DNA of 64,000 bases, taken from a virus. Lineage: Duplodnaviria; Caudoviricetes. The stretch is taken from positions 217-64,216 of IMG/VR virus record IMGVR_UViG_3300033407_000010; one strand, given 5' to 3'. A program made the position numbers and the translations under genes. Under the pieces are notes generated by a model that worked only from the letters and a program-made list of their open reading frames with translations, was not told the DNA's origin and did no database searches. How positions within the stretch are numbered: position 1 is the stretch's first letter; every line of letters starts with the position of its first letter. Below are positions 53,906 through 63,099 of this stretch, in pieces.

Positions 53906-56257
53906 TCAGAACAGGTCCTCGATGTCTTCCGGCACCGCGGGTTCCGGCCTGCCAGGGTAAGGGTTTTCATTGCGTGCTGCCGGGCCGATCACGTTCTTGA
54001 CCGGCCTGCCAGTCGGCCAGACCCACGGATTGTTGCGCCCGATGATGCGTTCCTCCTGGAATTTTTCGCTGGCGCGGCGCAGGCGCTTGTTGATCGTTTC
54101 ACCCGACGCCGTATCGGCGTCAGGCGCGATCTTGAGGTATTCCGCTCTCCAGTGTCTCGCGTCGACCACCTTCGAAATCGACTTCGGCAGTTCCAGGCCT
54201 GCCGGCGTCGGCTGGCCGTGATTCTCGATCGCGGTCTTGAGCGCGCGCAGGATCGTGGCCCGCTCGCTGTTCAACAATATCCCCGGGTTCGGATTCGCCG
54301 CCATGGCCTGTTGGCTGGTGTCGGTCGCATCGGCTTGCGATACCGTCATGACCGGGATGGCCACACACGATGTCCTGGGCCGCCCATATTTGTTGGTGCC
54401 AACCGTTTCGCTGGCCAGAACGAAATCCCAGGCAGCCCCATCCTCGCCCTCGCGCTGCTTGACGACGCGCGCGGTCCGCAGCTGACGGCCGAGCGCGTCA
54501 CGCTCAGGGTACGGCTGCCTGTCGACAATCTTGATCCTCTTCGAGATGTCGATCGCGGTGTCGATGTTGTTGTACAGCTGCTCATTGCCACGGTGCTTGC
54601 CCGACGCGTTCTTGTGCGAAACGATCCACAAGCCGCACCCAAGGGCCGCCATGATGGCGCGGTATCGCTCGCGGATCAGCGACACTTCCTTGGAATCGAT
54701 CTCGCTCGCCCCAGGCGTCGCCGCGTTGTGGGTGTCGATCACCACGGTGCCCAAGCGCACGCCGCGGAACCGTTCGTCCACGAGCCACCGGATCTCGTCG
54801 ATCAAGGCCTGTGTGTTGATCGCGTCCGACCAAAGATCGATCGGTTTCGTCAGCACCGCAAACGGCAGCTCCAGGCCGAGGCCGAGAGCCTTCCTGTGGG
54901 CTTTCATCCGGGCCCTGTACCCCTTGCCGGACTCGTAGGCGCAGTAGACGACGCCGAACGGCTCCATGATCCTGCGGCCGTTGAACGTCGTTCCGGCCGC
55001 GCCGGCGAGGCCCATCCCCATCGTCCAGAAGGATTTACCGGACTGCGTTTCGCCGAATATCAGGACCGCCTCGCGCTCCGGGATCAGGTCTTCGACCAGG
55101 TATTCGTATTCCTCTCCGGGCTGGTCCTGTTCGGACCACATGACGAGGCCGAATTTCGAGTGGCGCGGCGGTGGGCTCCAATCCGGCAGACGCTCGACGA
55201 TCTCGCGGAGTTCTTCGGGCGAGCCCTCGCGCTGGCGTTTCCAGTCGGTGACGTCGGCGCCCTTCGGCGCGTCCGGCCAGGCGGCGGTGATGTCGAGGAC
55301 GCGGACCCTGGCCGCTATGCCGCGCAGCGACCGGCCGACGATGCCGGCGCGCTCGCGGCCAGGATCGTCGTTGTCGATCGCGATGACCACGTCGCGGCCC
55401 CGGAAGAACTCTGCATGCTCGGGGCGCCAGTGCTTTGCGCCGCCGGAGTTGGTGGTCGCGGTGAAGCCCCAGGCGACAAGCGTTTCTACGTCCTTTTCCC
55501 CTTCGCAAATATGGATCGGCTCGTCGGGGTCGGCTTCGCGCAATTCCACGAGGCGGTAGAGCGTGTGCTCGACTCCCTCGAAGGTCGCCCGCGGCCCCGA
55601 CCACTTCTCGCGATCCTTCGTCAGCTGATACCAGTCGCCGCTTCGCGTCTGGACGTACTCGCCGGCGCCGAGGCCCCATATCCAATGGCCATCGGCCGGC
55701 GCTGGCCGACGCTGCAGGAAGGTCTTGTAGGGCTTGCCGTTGTCGTTTGTGCCTTGAATCCGACACACCTGATAAATCAGCGAGCCCTGCGGATCGGTGT
55801 AATCGTAGGCAGCCGTAATGTCGCGGCGGCCCTGCCGAGGCTGACCACGGCCGCCATCATCCGCAGCTCCATGAGCCACAACGTCGGCGCCATTCGCTGC
55901 CAGCTCGCCCTCAACATTGCCACCCGGAACATGGCTTGAAGCGCCGTTGGTGCGGCGGCGTTCGGTGTCGGGGACCGCCACTCCCGCGATCTTCGCGACC
56001 CGCTCGACCGCTTCGGGGAACGTGACGCCTTCGGTTTCGACGAGGAAGGCGAACACGTCGCCGTGCTTCCCGCTCGAGAAGTCATGGAAGAACTGTTTCT
56101 CGTCGTTAACAGTGAAGCTTGGCGTCTTTTCCTGGTGGAACGGCGAGAGCCCGACATACTCACTGCCCTTTTTCTTGAGCTGGACGCGATCGCGCACGAC
56201 CTCGGATACAGGCACCCGCGCGCGCAAATCATCCAAAAAGGATTCGGGGAACGGCAT
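53906..56257 (-). CDS. Fused primase-helicase (DnaG-type Zn-binding domain, TOPRIM, RepA-like AAA helicase)
   Basis: GLSPFHQEKTPSF..FHDFSSG; CEGEKD...IAIDND; FGETQSGKS, VVIDT, HRGNEQL. Confidence 0.92.
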   Translation of the reverse strand: MPFPESFLDDLRARVPVSEVVRDRVQLKKKGSEYVGLSPFHQEKTPSFTVNDEKQFFHDFSSGKHGDVFAFLVETEGVTFPEAVERVAKIAGVAVPDTERRRTNGASSHVPGGNVEGELAANGADVVAHGAADDGGRGQPRQGRRDITAAYDYTDPQGSLIYQVCRIQGTNDNGKPYKTFLQRRPAPADGHWIWGLGAGEYVQTRSGDWYQLTKDREKWSGPRATFEGVEHTLYRLVELREADPDEPIHICEGEKDVETLVAWGFTATTNSGGAKHWRPEHAEFFRGRDVVIAIDNDDPGRERAGIVGRSLRGIAARVRVLDITAAWPDAPKGADVTDWKRQREGSPEELREIVERLPDWSPPPRHSKFGLVMWSEQDQPGEEYEYLVEDLIPEREAVLIFGETQSGKSFWTMGMGLAGAAGTTFNGRRIMEPFGVVYCAYESGKGYRARMKAHRKALGLGLELPFAVLTKPIDLWSDAINTQALIDEIRWLVDERFRGVRLGTVVIDTHNAATPGASEIDSKEVSLIRERYRAIMAALGCGLWIVSHKNASGKHRGNEQLYNNIDTAIDISKRIKIVDRQPYPERDALGRQLRTARVVKQREGEDGAAWDFVLASETVGTNKYGRPRTSCVAIPVMTVSQADATDTSQQAMAANPNPGILLNSERATILRALKTAIENHGQPTPAGLELPKSISKVVDARHWRAEYLKIAPDADTASGETINKRLRRASEKFQEERIIGRNNPWVWPTGRPVKNVIGPAARNENPYPGRPEPAVPEDIEDLF

Positions 56258-56262
56258 GTGCG

Positions 56263-56475
56263 TCACCGACCAAGTTCGACAACGAGACGATCGGCCACCA
56301 CCACGGCGGCCTCTCGCACCAGGTCGTAGCCGTGGCGGTCGCAGATCGATTGGACCATGGCGGGCGTGCAGCCGCCGGCTATGATGGCAGCGATCTGCGT
56401 CGCGGTCTTGCCGCCGCGCGCCAGCGTTCGGATTTGACAAAGGGTGTCGGGCGTGAGGCGGAACGTGGTGGTCAC
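56263..56475 (-). CDS. Small HTH protein
   Basis: LARGGKTATQIAAII. Confidence 0.5.
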   Translation of the reverse strand: MTTTFRLTPDTLCQIRTLARGGKTATQIAAIIAGGCTPAMVQSICDRHGYDLVREAAVVVADRLVVELGR

Positions 56476-56696
56476 GATTCCCGGCCTCCTACGATTATTC
56501 TGGCGGCCATATCGGGTTCGGCAGCCACCGCCTCGATCAGCTTCTTGTTGAGCGCAGCCTTCGACAGCCCATGCCGGCGGGCGATGGCCTCGAAGGCGTC
56601 GTGCGTCTCCCGCGAGACAAGGCTCGTGACCCCGCGCTCGCGGCCGCAGTTCCAGACGACGCGCGCGGGGATGTGCGTACCGTTCCGCTCGGTCAT
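56472..56696 (-). CDS. Small DNA-binding-like protein
   Basis: SRETHDAFEAIARRHGLSKAALNKKLI. Confidence 0.55.
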   Translation of the reverse strand: MTERNGTHIPARVVWNCGRERGVTSLVSRETHDAFEAIARRHGLSKAALNKKLIEAVAAEPDMAARIIVGGRES

Positions 56697-56989
56697 CCGC
56701 GCCCTCGCTTGCTATCTTTGGCCCACGCACGGAACCCCGGCACGTCGGCCCGGATTCCATCAATCAGGCGGATCGCGGTTTCCATCACTTCGACGTAACG
56801 GACTTGGCTCGGCAGGACGGGTAAAGACGGATCGGCCATGATCCTGCGGGCATTGATACTGCCCTCTATCCGGTGCGCCTCGGCCGCGAACACGTCGCGC
56901 ATCTCATCGAAGCTGACGGGCTTCGGGGGCGGCTCGGCGACCGGTGCCGACTCCACCTGTGCGGGTTCTTGTTGCGCGGTGTCGGTCAT
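56693..56989 (-). CDS. Hypothetical protein
   Basis: 98 aa; ATGA overlap. Confidence 0.5.
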   Translation of the reverse strand: MTDTAQQEPAQVESAPVAEPPPKPVSFDEMRDVFAAEAHRIEGSINARRIMADPSLPVLPSQVRYVEVMETAIRLIDGIRADVPGFRAWAKDSKRGRG

Positions 56990-57834
56990 GCGGCCTCGGT
57001 CGCGAGATGGCGTTCGAGGTGATCGCCGATGATCTCGACAAGCGCTCCGACGATGCCGCCGCCACTGCCTGGCGTCGCCGCCGCAACGGCTCGGCGGAAT
57101 GCTTCGGCCAAGTCTAGCTTGGCAATGACCGGCAGCAGGTCGGGGCTCCCGCTCCATCCCGGCTCAGCTTCAAGAACCACGCACAGAGCGATGACCAGCT
57201 GCGACCGCACCATGCCGACATTGCCGTCGCGGGTGCGCGTGATGCAGGACAGCGCGACTTCGAGGATGGCGTCGCCGAATTTCCCGATCATGCGGTAGAG
57301 CATCCCGGCCGCCATCGTTTCGCCGACCTTCATCTTGTTGGCGTGGATCGGGTATCGGCAGATGGTCACGCCCGCGCGAACGCATGTTTCGTGCAGCCGC
57401 AGCGCCTCGGCGTCGCCGGCGGCCAGCTTTGCGACATGCACCTGCATCGAGTTCATTTCGGTGACGGTGGCGTTGATCGCCGCGAAGGCCGCCGCCTGCT
57501 TGCTCCGATCGGCCTGGATGACCTGGCACGGCACCGACCGGATGCCGCGGAGCCGCGCGGCGATCGTCCGGTGCTGCCCGTCCACGACCGCGTAACGGCC
57601 GCCCTCGATCGTGGCGACGATGACCGGCGCAAACTTCGACCATTCGAACTCGCGCGCGATCTTGGCGATGTTCTTGCGGCCTTTGTCGAACACGTCGCGC
57701 TGGTAGGCCGGGTCGACTCGCAGGTCAGCGATGTCGACCCACTGCAGGATTGGCGCCGGGCCCGGGTCAAGCTGCGGCAGTGTACCGACGAGCTTGGTGA
57801 AGGGAGCGGGGTCGATCCGTCGTAACTCAGGCAT
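56986..57834 (-). CDS. ParB-like (DUF6551-type) protein
   Basis: LRVDPAYQRDV, FEWSKFAPVIV, VVDGQHRTIAA. Confidence 0.85.
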   Translation of the reverse strand: MPELRRIDPAPFTKLVGTLPQLDPGPAPILQWVDIADLRVDPAYQRDVFDKGRKNIAKIAREFEWSKFAPVIVATIEGGRYAVVDGQHRTIAARLRGIRSVPCQVIQADRSKQAAAFAAINATVTEMNSMQVHVAKLAAGDAEALRLHETCVRAGVTICRYPIHANKMKVGETMAAGMLYRMIGKFGDAILEVALSCITRTRDGNVGMVRSQLVIALCVVLEAEPGWSGSPDLLPVIAKLDLAEAFRRAVAAATPGSGGGIVGALVEIIGDHLERHLATEAA

Positions 57835-58165
57835 GACGGACTCCGTTGGCACGCCGGCGGACGATGCCCGCCGCCATCCGCAGGATCACGCCCCAGCGCG
57901 GCGGGTCCCGCGTCATCTCGCGCATCAAACCCTGGTACGGCGTCGCGCGTTCGAAGAAGACGCGCGCTTCCTCGATCGCGGCATTACGCCGGTGCATCCG
58001 GTTGATCGTCTCGGCGGCAACGGCCTGGCTCATCCCCGCGCGCCGCAGCTGGTCCGCCAGCAGTTCGGTTTCCGCGATCTGGCTTTCGGAGAATCCCAGT
58101 TCGTGCAGCGCCACCGCCATCTCGGAAAAAGTCGCGCGCTCCGCGTCATGCTTCGATCTCGTCAT
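57827..58165 (-). CDS. Hypothetical protein
   Basis: 112 aa helical. Confidence 0.45.
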   Translation of the reverse strand: MTRSKHDAERATFSEMAVALHELGFSESQIAETELLADQLRRAGMSQAVAAETINRMHRRNAAIEEARVFFERATPYQGLMREMTRDPPRWGVILRMAAGIVRRRANGVRHA

Positions 58166-58742
58166 GGCTAGCCTCTCCAGTTCTTGGTTGTTGCTGGCCG
58201 AAAAACGCAAACGCGGTAGCGGGGCGGCGCGCGAGGTGCGCGCAGGCCCAGTCCCAAGTTGCAATAGCGTCGCCCCTGTTATCGTCGTGGCTGTCGCGCG
58301 GCATCAGGCCGAGCAACTGGCAGCGGGTGACGACCGCGGCCTTGGTCTCATCGCGGGTGCCGACACGGCCGGTCCCGATAAAATGTTTGCGGACGACCGA
58401 GTCGGTTGGGTCATTGCCGGTCGCGGGGTTCAGGCCGATCGGCACCTTGAACCGCACCGCCATGCCCTCGACGATGGAGTGGAGGCCGTACTGCAGGCGC
58501 ACGTTCGCCTCCGACATGCCCAAGGTCTTGAACGCCTCAAGGGCCAGCGCCGCTTCCTTCACCACCAGCGCCGGCCGGGCGATCGTCCATTCGGCGGCAA
58601 GGAACGCGATCAGGTTGGCGAACGCGACCGCGCGGCCCTCGTTCGGTTTCTTGAGGATTACGGATCCGGAGCGCGGAACAGCACCGGGCAGACCGTAGGC
58701 AAAACCAGACTTCGTGGCCAAATCCAGAGCGAAGATCATCAT
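58146..58742 (-). CDS. RuvC-like Holliday junction resolvase
   Basis: IFALDLATKSGFA, VVKEA, DDNRGDAIA. Confidence 0.8.
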   Translation of the reverse strand: MMIFALDLATKSGFAYGLPGAVPRSGSVILKKPNEGRAVAFANLIAFLAAEWTIARPALVVKEAALALEAFKTLGMSEANVRLQYGLHSIVEGMAVRFKVPIGLNPATGNDPTDSVVRKHFIGTGRVGTRDETKAAVVTRCQLLGLMPRDSHDDNRGDAIATWDWACAHLARRPATAFAFFGQQQPRTGEASHDEIEA

Positions 58743-59434
58743 CTGGCGCTCCGCGGCTCATGTACCGCGCGGTCAACCGCCCATCCGCGCTTCAGCCTCC
58801 CAATCACCATCTTGTAGCTGACGCCGAGCCGCTCGCATGCGTCGGGGACAGAAAGCCGCTCCCCTCTGACCTCCACGTACCGGTTGCTTCTCCGGTTTCG
58901 CGCCTGCTCCTTCTTCGTTCCCCACCGGCAATTCGAAGGCTCGTAATTGCCGTCGCTATCAATCCGGTCCAGCGAATGAGTGGCCGATGGCTTGCGGCCC
59001 ATGTCCGCGAGGAAGCATTCGAGGCCGCTTCGGCCATCTTCACCGTTGAGCCAACGATCACATATCGTGATCCCGCGGCCGCCGTAATCAGGGAACGCCG
59101 CATCTTTCGGGTTCAGGCACCGCCGGCGCATGTGGTGATACGATCGGTACTCTGACGTCCGTGATCGCGACGTTGCCTCTCCGTGACGGGTGGCCGCTTT
59201 CCGCCGAGCATCCAAGGCATGACAGCCGCAGCTTTTCGTTTTCCCGCCGCGAAGCTTAATGGTGGTGGGCTTGGTTATCTTCCCGCAATCGCATCGGCAC
59301 CACCAATGGCTATGCTTACCGGTCGTGCCTGCGAACCCAGCCACAACCAGCCGACCGAACCGCTTCCCCTCCAGGTCCATGAAGGTGCGCTCGGTCGGCT
59401 TAGTCGCTAGGAATAGGAAGTCGCGGGCAATCAC
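58739..59434 (-). CDS. HNH-type homing endonuclease, paralog of 43811..44353
   Basis: DLEGKRFGRL..CDCG..TKSCGC; SLDRIDSDGNYEPSNCRWGT. Confidence 0.85.
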   Translation of the reverse strand: MIARDFLFLATKPTERTFMDLEGKRFGRLVVAGFAGTTGKHSHWWCRCDCGKITKPTTIKLRGGKTKSCGCHALDARRKAATRHGEATSRSRTSEYRSYHHMRRRCLNPKDAAFPDYGGRGITICDRWLNGEDGRSGLECFLADMGRKPSATHSLDRIDSDGNYEPSNCRWGTKKEQARNRRSNRYVEVRGERLSVPDACERLGVSYKMVIGRLKRGWAVDRAVHEPRSAR

Positions 59435-59438
59435 TGGC

Positions 59439-60086
59439 CTAGCTCACAACTTGATGCGTCGGCTCCGCCGTGCCGAGGTTCAGCCCTTCCTCGTGCTGGC
59501 GACGCAACTGCTCGTGCCAGTCCTTTTTCGACATTCCCTTCGGCGGCTCGCCTTCGGCTTCGGGTGCGGTCGCCGGCGCCTTGAACCCCTTGGTGGCCAG
59601 CGCCTCGTTGCCGACGCCGTAGCCTTCCATCCACGTCGCGTACTGAGGAGTCGAAGGGTCATGCGGCGGCTTGCGGGGCTCGCCCTTCATTCCGGCACGC
59701 TTGCCCTCATCGAAGGCCCGATCGACCGCCGGGGTGCGGTCCTCGTCGAACATCTCGAACTGGCTGCCGATACTCGCGCCCATCCAGCGGGCGACCCGCA
59801 GCGTATTCTCCAGCTCGGACTTGACGTCGGCCTCGCCTTCGTCCGTGTCCAGGCGGATCGCGGTCTTGATGTCGGCGACCTGGGTTTTGCCGCCCTCCGA
59901 CTTGATCAGCTTGCAGGCGTTCTTGAAGTCGGCATCCGCCTTCTTTTTCGCCGCGAGCCTCGTCTCGAACAGGGATTTGTGCTGGAAGAAAAGCGCCTGC
60001 AATTCTTCATCGGTGAACTCGTTGTGGCCGGCTGGTGCCGGGCCGGCATCAGTCTTGTCCGCCTTGCGTCTTCCTCGCTTCGCCAT
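59439..60086 (-). CDS. GapR/DUF2312-like nucleoid protein with C-terminal extension
   Basis: AGHN motif; LAAKKKADADFKNACKLIKSEG...IKTAIRL. Confidence 0.5.
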   Translation of the reverse strand: MAKRGRRKADKTDAGPAPAGHNEFTDEELQALFFQHKSLFETRLAAKKKADADFKNACKLIKSEGGKTQVADIKTAIRLDTDEGEADVKSELENTLRVARWMGASIGSQFEMFDEDRTPAVDRAFDEGKRAGMKGEPRKPPHDPSTPQYATWMEGYGVGNEALATKGFKAPATAPEAEGEPPKGMSKKDWHEQLRRQHEEGLNLGTAEPTHQVVS

Positions 60087-60102
60087 CCTTGGCTCCTCTG
60101 GT

Positions 60103-60771
60103 TTAGAAGTTGATCTTTGACGTCGACCGCTCCGCAGGATCGATCCCGTAGTCCCGGCCTTTCACGCCGCGCGCAACGAGAGTGCACGCCGCGCAGTACG
60201 GGAAGCCCATGTTGAAATCGGCGCCGTCGCGGCCACAGAACCGGAACGACGGCTCCTGCGGATCGCCGTGCGGCCACCGGCACGTCCAGTTCGTCAGTTC
60301 GAGGAGCGTGATGCCGGCTGGCACGCTGGCGACGCCGTCGCAAACCAGCCCGGGCTCGCCTTCCGGCCGCGTGATCCTTGTCTGGATACGCTGGACCACG
60401 CCGCGCGCGCCCGGCGCCGGCGCGTCCTCGCGGGCGGCCTGCGCCGTGACCGCATTGACTACGCCGTTGGCGCGCTGTGGCTTTGATTCGCCAGGCAGAA
60501 TGTTGGGTGCGAGGGCTGGCGGTGGCCGCCGCTGAAAGCGGCCTGTGCGCGACGGCTTGCGCGGAGCCATAACCGAGGGGCGTCCTCGCTTCACTCTGCC
60601 CGACAGGCCAAGCCGGTGAACTTTTCCGATTACGGCGTTGCGGCCGATGCCGCAGTTGAGTTCGGCGGAGATCTGCGAAGCCGACAAGTCGTCGGCCCAA
60701 AGCTTCCTGAGCATCGCGACGCGGTCGGTGGTCCACGGAGTATCCTGCCCCGGTGGCTTCCCTGCTGGCAT
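60103..60771 (-). CDS. gcrA: GcrA-family transcription regulator
   Basis: WTTDRVAMLRKLW..LSASQIS..L...RNAVIGKVHRLGLSGR; ITLLEL...CRWPHGDP...FRFCG...PYC. Confidence 0.92.
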   Translation of the reverse strand: MPAGKPPGQDTPWTTDRVAMLRKLWADDLSASQISAELNCGIGRNAVIGKVHRLGLSGRVKRGRPSVMAPRKPSRTGRFQRRPPPALAPNILPGESKPQRANGVVNAVTAQAAREDAPAPGARGVVQRIQTRITRPEGEPGLVCDGVASVPAGITLLELTNWTCRWPHGDPQEPSFRFCGRDGADFNMGFPYCAACTLVARGVKGRDYGIDPAERSTSKINF

Positions 60772-60798
60772 AGGCCATTCCTCCACCGCGACCGGCTG

Positions 60799-61167
60799 TT
60801 ACGCGCCCGGCCGCGGCCCCTTGCCGATCAACTGTTTCGCCGCCGCCACCTGAGCTTGAGCCTTCGCCAGATCGTCGTCGCGATGGTCAGTGCCAGTTTG
60901 AAGATGGATGGCGATCTCATGTTCGAGCCTGCCGATCTCGTTTTGCAGGACGGCAACGAACGCTGAACGAATGCGCGCCATCAGCCAGTGGGGAATGTTT
61001 TTCAGCCGTTCACGGCGGATGTTTTCGAGCGTCCCCGGCGAGGCACCGAGCCGGCGCGCGACGTGCGCGCGGGCCTTGGACACCGGTAGGCCGAGGCGTC
61101 TCGCCTCGGCGTCCTCGACTGTGCTCGCCAGCCGGCGGGCGGTTGAAACATCGGCAAGCGCATTCAC
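60799..61167 (-). CDS. CII-like protein
   Basis: ARAHVARRLGASPGTLENIRRERLK; position after Cro; start uncertain. Confidence 0.55.
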   Translation of the reverse strand: MNALADVSTARRLASTVEDAEARRLGLPVSKARAHVARRLGASPGTLENIRRERLKNIPHWLMARIRSAFVAVLQNEIGRLEHEIAIHLQTGTDHRDDDLAKAQAQVAAAKQLIGKGPRPGA

Positions 61168-61306
61168 GGGCCTGCCCTCGACGAGATATCCATCGCTGTC
61201 GGACGCCACGACGCTACTCCTCTGCCAGGGTGACGGTGTTCGACACCGGTCACTACGGAGCACGCGGCGCGCCAACGCCGGCGGCTCCGGGGCAGGGAGG
61301 CGAGGA

Positions 61307-61546
61307 TCATGCGATGGCCCTCGCTGATTTGTGCTCAGGCCAGTGCTGGTCGAGCCACGCGCGCAGGCGCTCGTAGCTGTCGATGGTGAAGTTTGCATCG
61401 CGCTCGACGCGGCCCAGGAACGAGACGTCGTTGAGCGCGGACTTGCAGACGTTCGACCGGTTGTCGCCGGCCAGGGCGCAGTAGGCGTCGACGCGCGCCA
61501 GCAGCCCATCTCTCAGCTGCATTTTCGTGGGGAGGATGCCGCTCAT
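61307..61546 (-). CDS. Cro-like repressor
   Basis: LLARVDAYC...VCKSALNDVSFLGRVE...FTIDSYERLRAWLDQHWP; divergent from CI. Confidence 0.8.
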   Translation of the reverse strand: MSGILPTKMQLRDGLLARVDAYCALAGDNRSNVCKSALNDVSFLGRVERDANFTIDSYERLRAWLDQHWPEHKSARAIA

Positions 61547-61554
61547 GAAACGCG

Positions 61555-61600
61555 ACGCTAATTTGATATATCATATTTGTCAATTTGATCGAAATTGACC
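61555..61600 (-). promoter_or_regulatory. Lytic (pR-like) promoter with operator in its spacer; back-to-back -35 for cI
   Basis: Minus -35 TTGACA 61583-61578, -10 TAGCGT 61560-61555; operator ATTTGA-tata-TCATAT 61561-61576; plus TTGACC 61595-61600. Confidence 0.75.
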
Positions 61601-61638
61601 AATAGATCGGCGCGTCAAATCAGTGGCTTGGACCGTTG

Positions 61639-62358
61639 ATGCCCACCACCGAAAGCTTCGACCGCCGGCAGCTGGTTGCCCGAATCCGTCAACGCATGAC
61701 CGAACTTGGCACCAACGCCAAGGCGGTTTCGCGCGCGGCGAAGATCGGCGAGACCGGCGTTCACGACATCTTGAGCGGGCACAACAAGAACCCCTCCGTT
61801 CCGCAACTGGCTTCCATTGCCAGCGCTCTTGGGTGTACCGTGAGTTACCTGATCGGGGAGGACAACCAAGCGGAACCACCAACAAGCAAGGGGGTCGCGC
61901 CGATTCCGGTGGTCGGCATAGCGGAAGCTGGCGCGTTTCGGAAAATGGCACAAAGCGTTGACGCTGAACACGAACTGCCAACGATTGCTGCTCCGCGCAG
62001 CGACCTTTTCCCCAACGCCAAGCACTTCGCCTTCGAGGTCCGCGGCGATTCCATGAACGCCGCGAAGCCGACGCCGATCGTCGATGGGATGCACGTCCTG
62101 TGCGTCGACGTGGTTGACGCCGGACTAACGATCGAGAGCGGCAGAATCTACCTCGTCCGCCAGACGCGGGACGCCGGCCAGACCTACGAGACGACGGTCA
62201 AGCGCGCCCGGGTGTTCAAGGACCGCGTCGAGCTGCACCCCGAAAGCACGAACCAGCAGCACGCCCCGATGGTGATTCGCCCCGGGGAGAGCGACACAAA
62301 TGCCCACCGGATCGAGGCGATCGGCTGGGTCTACGGGGTGTATGCTTCTCTCGAATAG
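61639..62358 (+). CDS. CI-like repressor (HTH plus S24 peptidase)
   Basis: N-terminal HTH; FEVRGDSM (catalytic Ser), TTVKR (catalytic Lys). Confidence 0.92.
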   Translation: MPTTESFDRRQLVARIRQRMTELGTNAKAVSRAAKIGETGVHDILSGHNKNPSVPQLASIASALGCTVSYLIGEDNQAEPPTSKGVAPIPVVGIAEAGAFRKMAQSVDAEHELPTIAAPRSDLFPNAKHFAFEVRGDSMNAAKPTPIVDGMHVLCVDVVDAGLTIESGRIYLVRQTRDAGQTYETTVKRARVFKDRVELHPESTNQQHAPMVIRPGESDTNAHRIEAIGWVYGVYASLE

Positions 62359-62390
62359 GCCCCGGCGCCGGGGAATTATCCCCTGCGGTA

Positions 62391-62441
62391 TTTTGACGTA
62401 TCAAATTAAGACTTGACAGATTGGATATATCAAATCATCCT
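62391..62441 (+). promoter_or_regulatory. Early (pL-like) promoter with two operators
   Basis: TTTTGA-cgta-TCAAAT 62391-62406; -35 TTGACA 62413-62418; ATTGGA-tata-TCAAAT 62420-62435 fills the spacer; -10 CATCCT 62436-62441. Confidence 0.75.
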
Positions 62442-62470
62442 TCCCCGATGTTCCAATCGGGGTTGGACCA

Positions 62471-62725
62471 ATGGACATTCTGTACATTCCATTTCTGGCC
62501 GGCCTGTTGGCCGGGCTCGTCATGGGCTTTGTCCCGGGCTTTTTCATCGGGATGAACGTCGGGACCGCGGGTCACGCCGACGGCGTCCAGGAGATGCTCG
62601 CCACCGATCAGGAAGCCGTCGGCGAATGGGTCGATCCGCCGTTTCGCGGGCCCAGACCGGCCGGGGCCTCTACCTGGTCGGCGTACCCGACCTGGGCGGT
62701 CGACCCACGGGGTGACGCCCGATGA
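62471..62725 (+). CDS. N-terminal TM protein
   Basis: MDILYIPFLAGLLAGLVMGFVPGFFIG. Confidence 0.6.
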   Translation: MDILYIPFLAGLLAGLVMGFVPGFFIGMNVGTAGHADGVQEMLATDQEAVGEWVDPPFRGPRPAGASTWSAYPTWAVDPRGDAR

Positions 62726-63099
62726 TGACCTACCCCCGCTTCGACGGCGCCGACATCTGGCAGCGATTTTCGGCCGAGGACCAGGCCCGCATCGGCGCCG
62801 CCGCCGTAGAGCTCCTGGTCACCGCGCACGGCTGCCAGCTTGCGGAGGAGCGTGACGACAAGGTTTTCATGCGCGCCGGCGACGAGGCCGGCCCTGGCCT
62901 GATGGCCACTCTCGACAACCATGTCGGCCGCGCCCTCCTGGCAATCAGCCACGCGGCGGTTGATCAGCCGCACCTGCCAAGCCGGATCGGCGAGATATGC
63001 ACCAGTTGCGGCTGTTCGGAAGCGGACGCCTGCGCCAGCGGCTGCTCGTGGGTCGCTCCCGGGCTCTGTTCCTCCTGCCTGGAAGGAATGCGGCAATGA
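62722..63099 (+). CDS. Hypothetical protein with C-terminal Cys cluster
   Basis: CTSCGCSEADACASGCSWVAPGLCSSC. Confidence 0.7.
   Translation: MMTYPRFDGADIWQRFSAEDQARIGAAAVELLVTAHGCQLAEERDDKVFMRAGDEAGPGLMATLDNHVGRALLAISHAAVDQPHLPSRIGEICTSCGCSEADACASGCSWVAPGLCSSCLEGMRQ

Noticed and set aside
61579-61599. Perfect inverted repeat GTCAATTT-gatcg-AAATTGAC as a separate operator
   Set aside because: Largely explained by back-to-back -35 boxes (TTGACA minus, TTGACC plus); a binding role is not excluded
61540-62450. CtrA boxes (TTAA-N7-TTAA) at phage promoters
   Set aside because: None seen in the intergenic regions inspected
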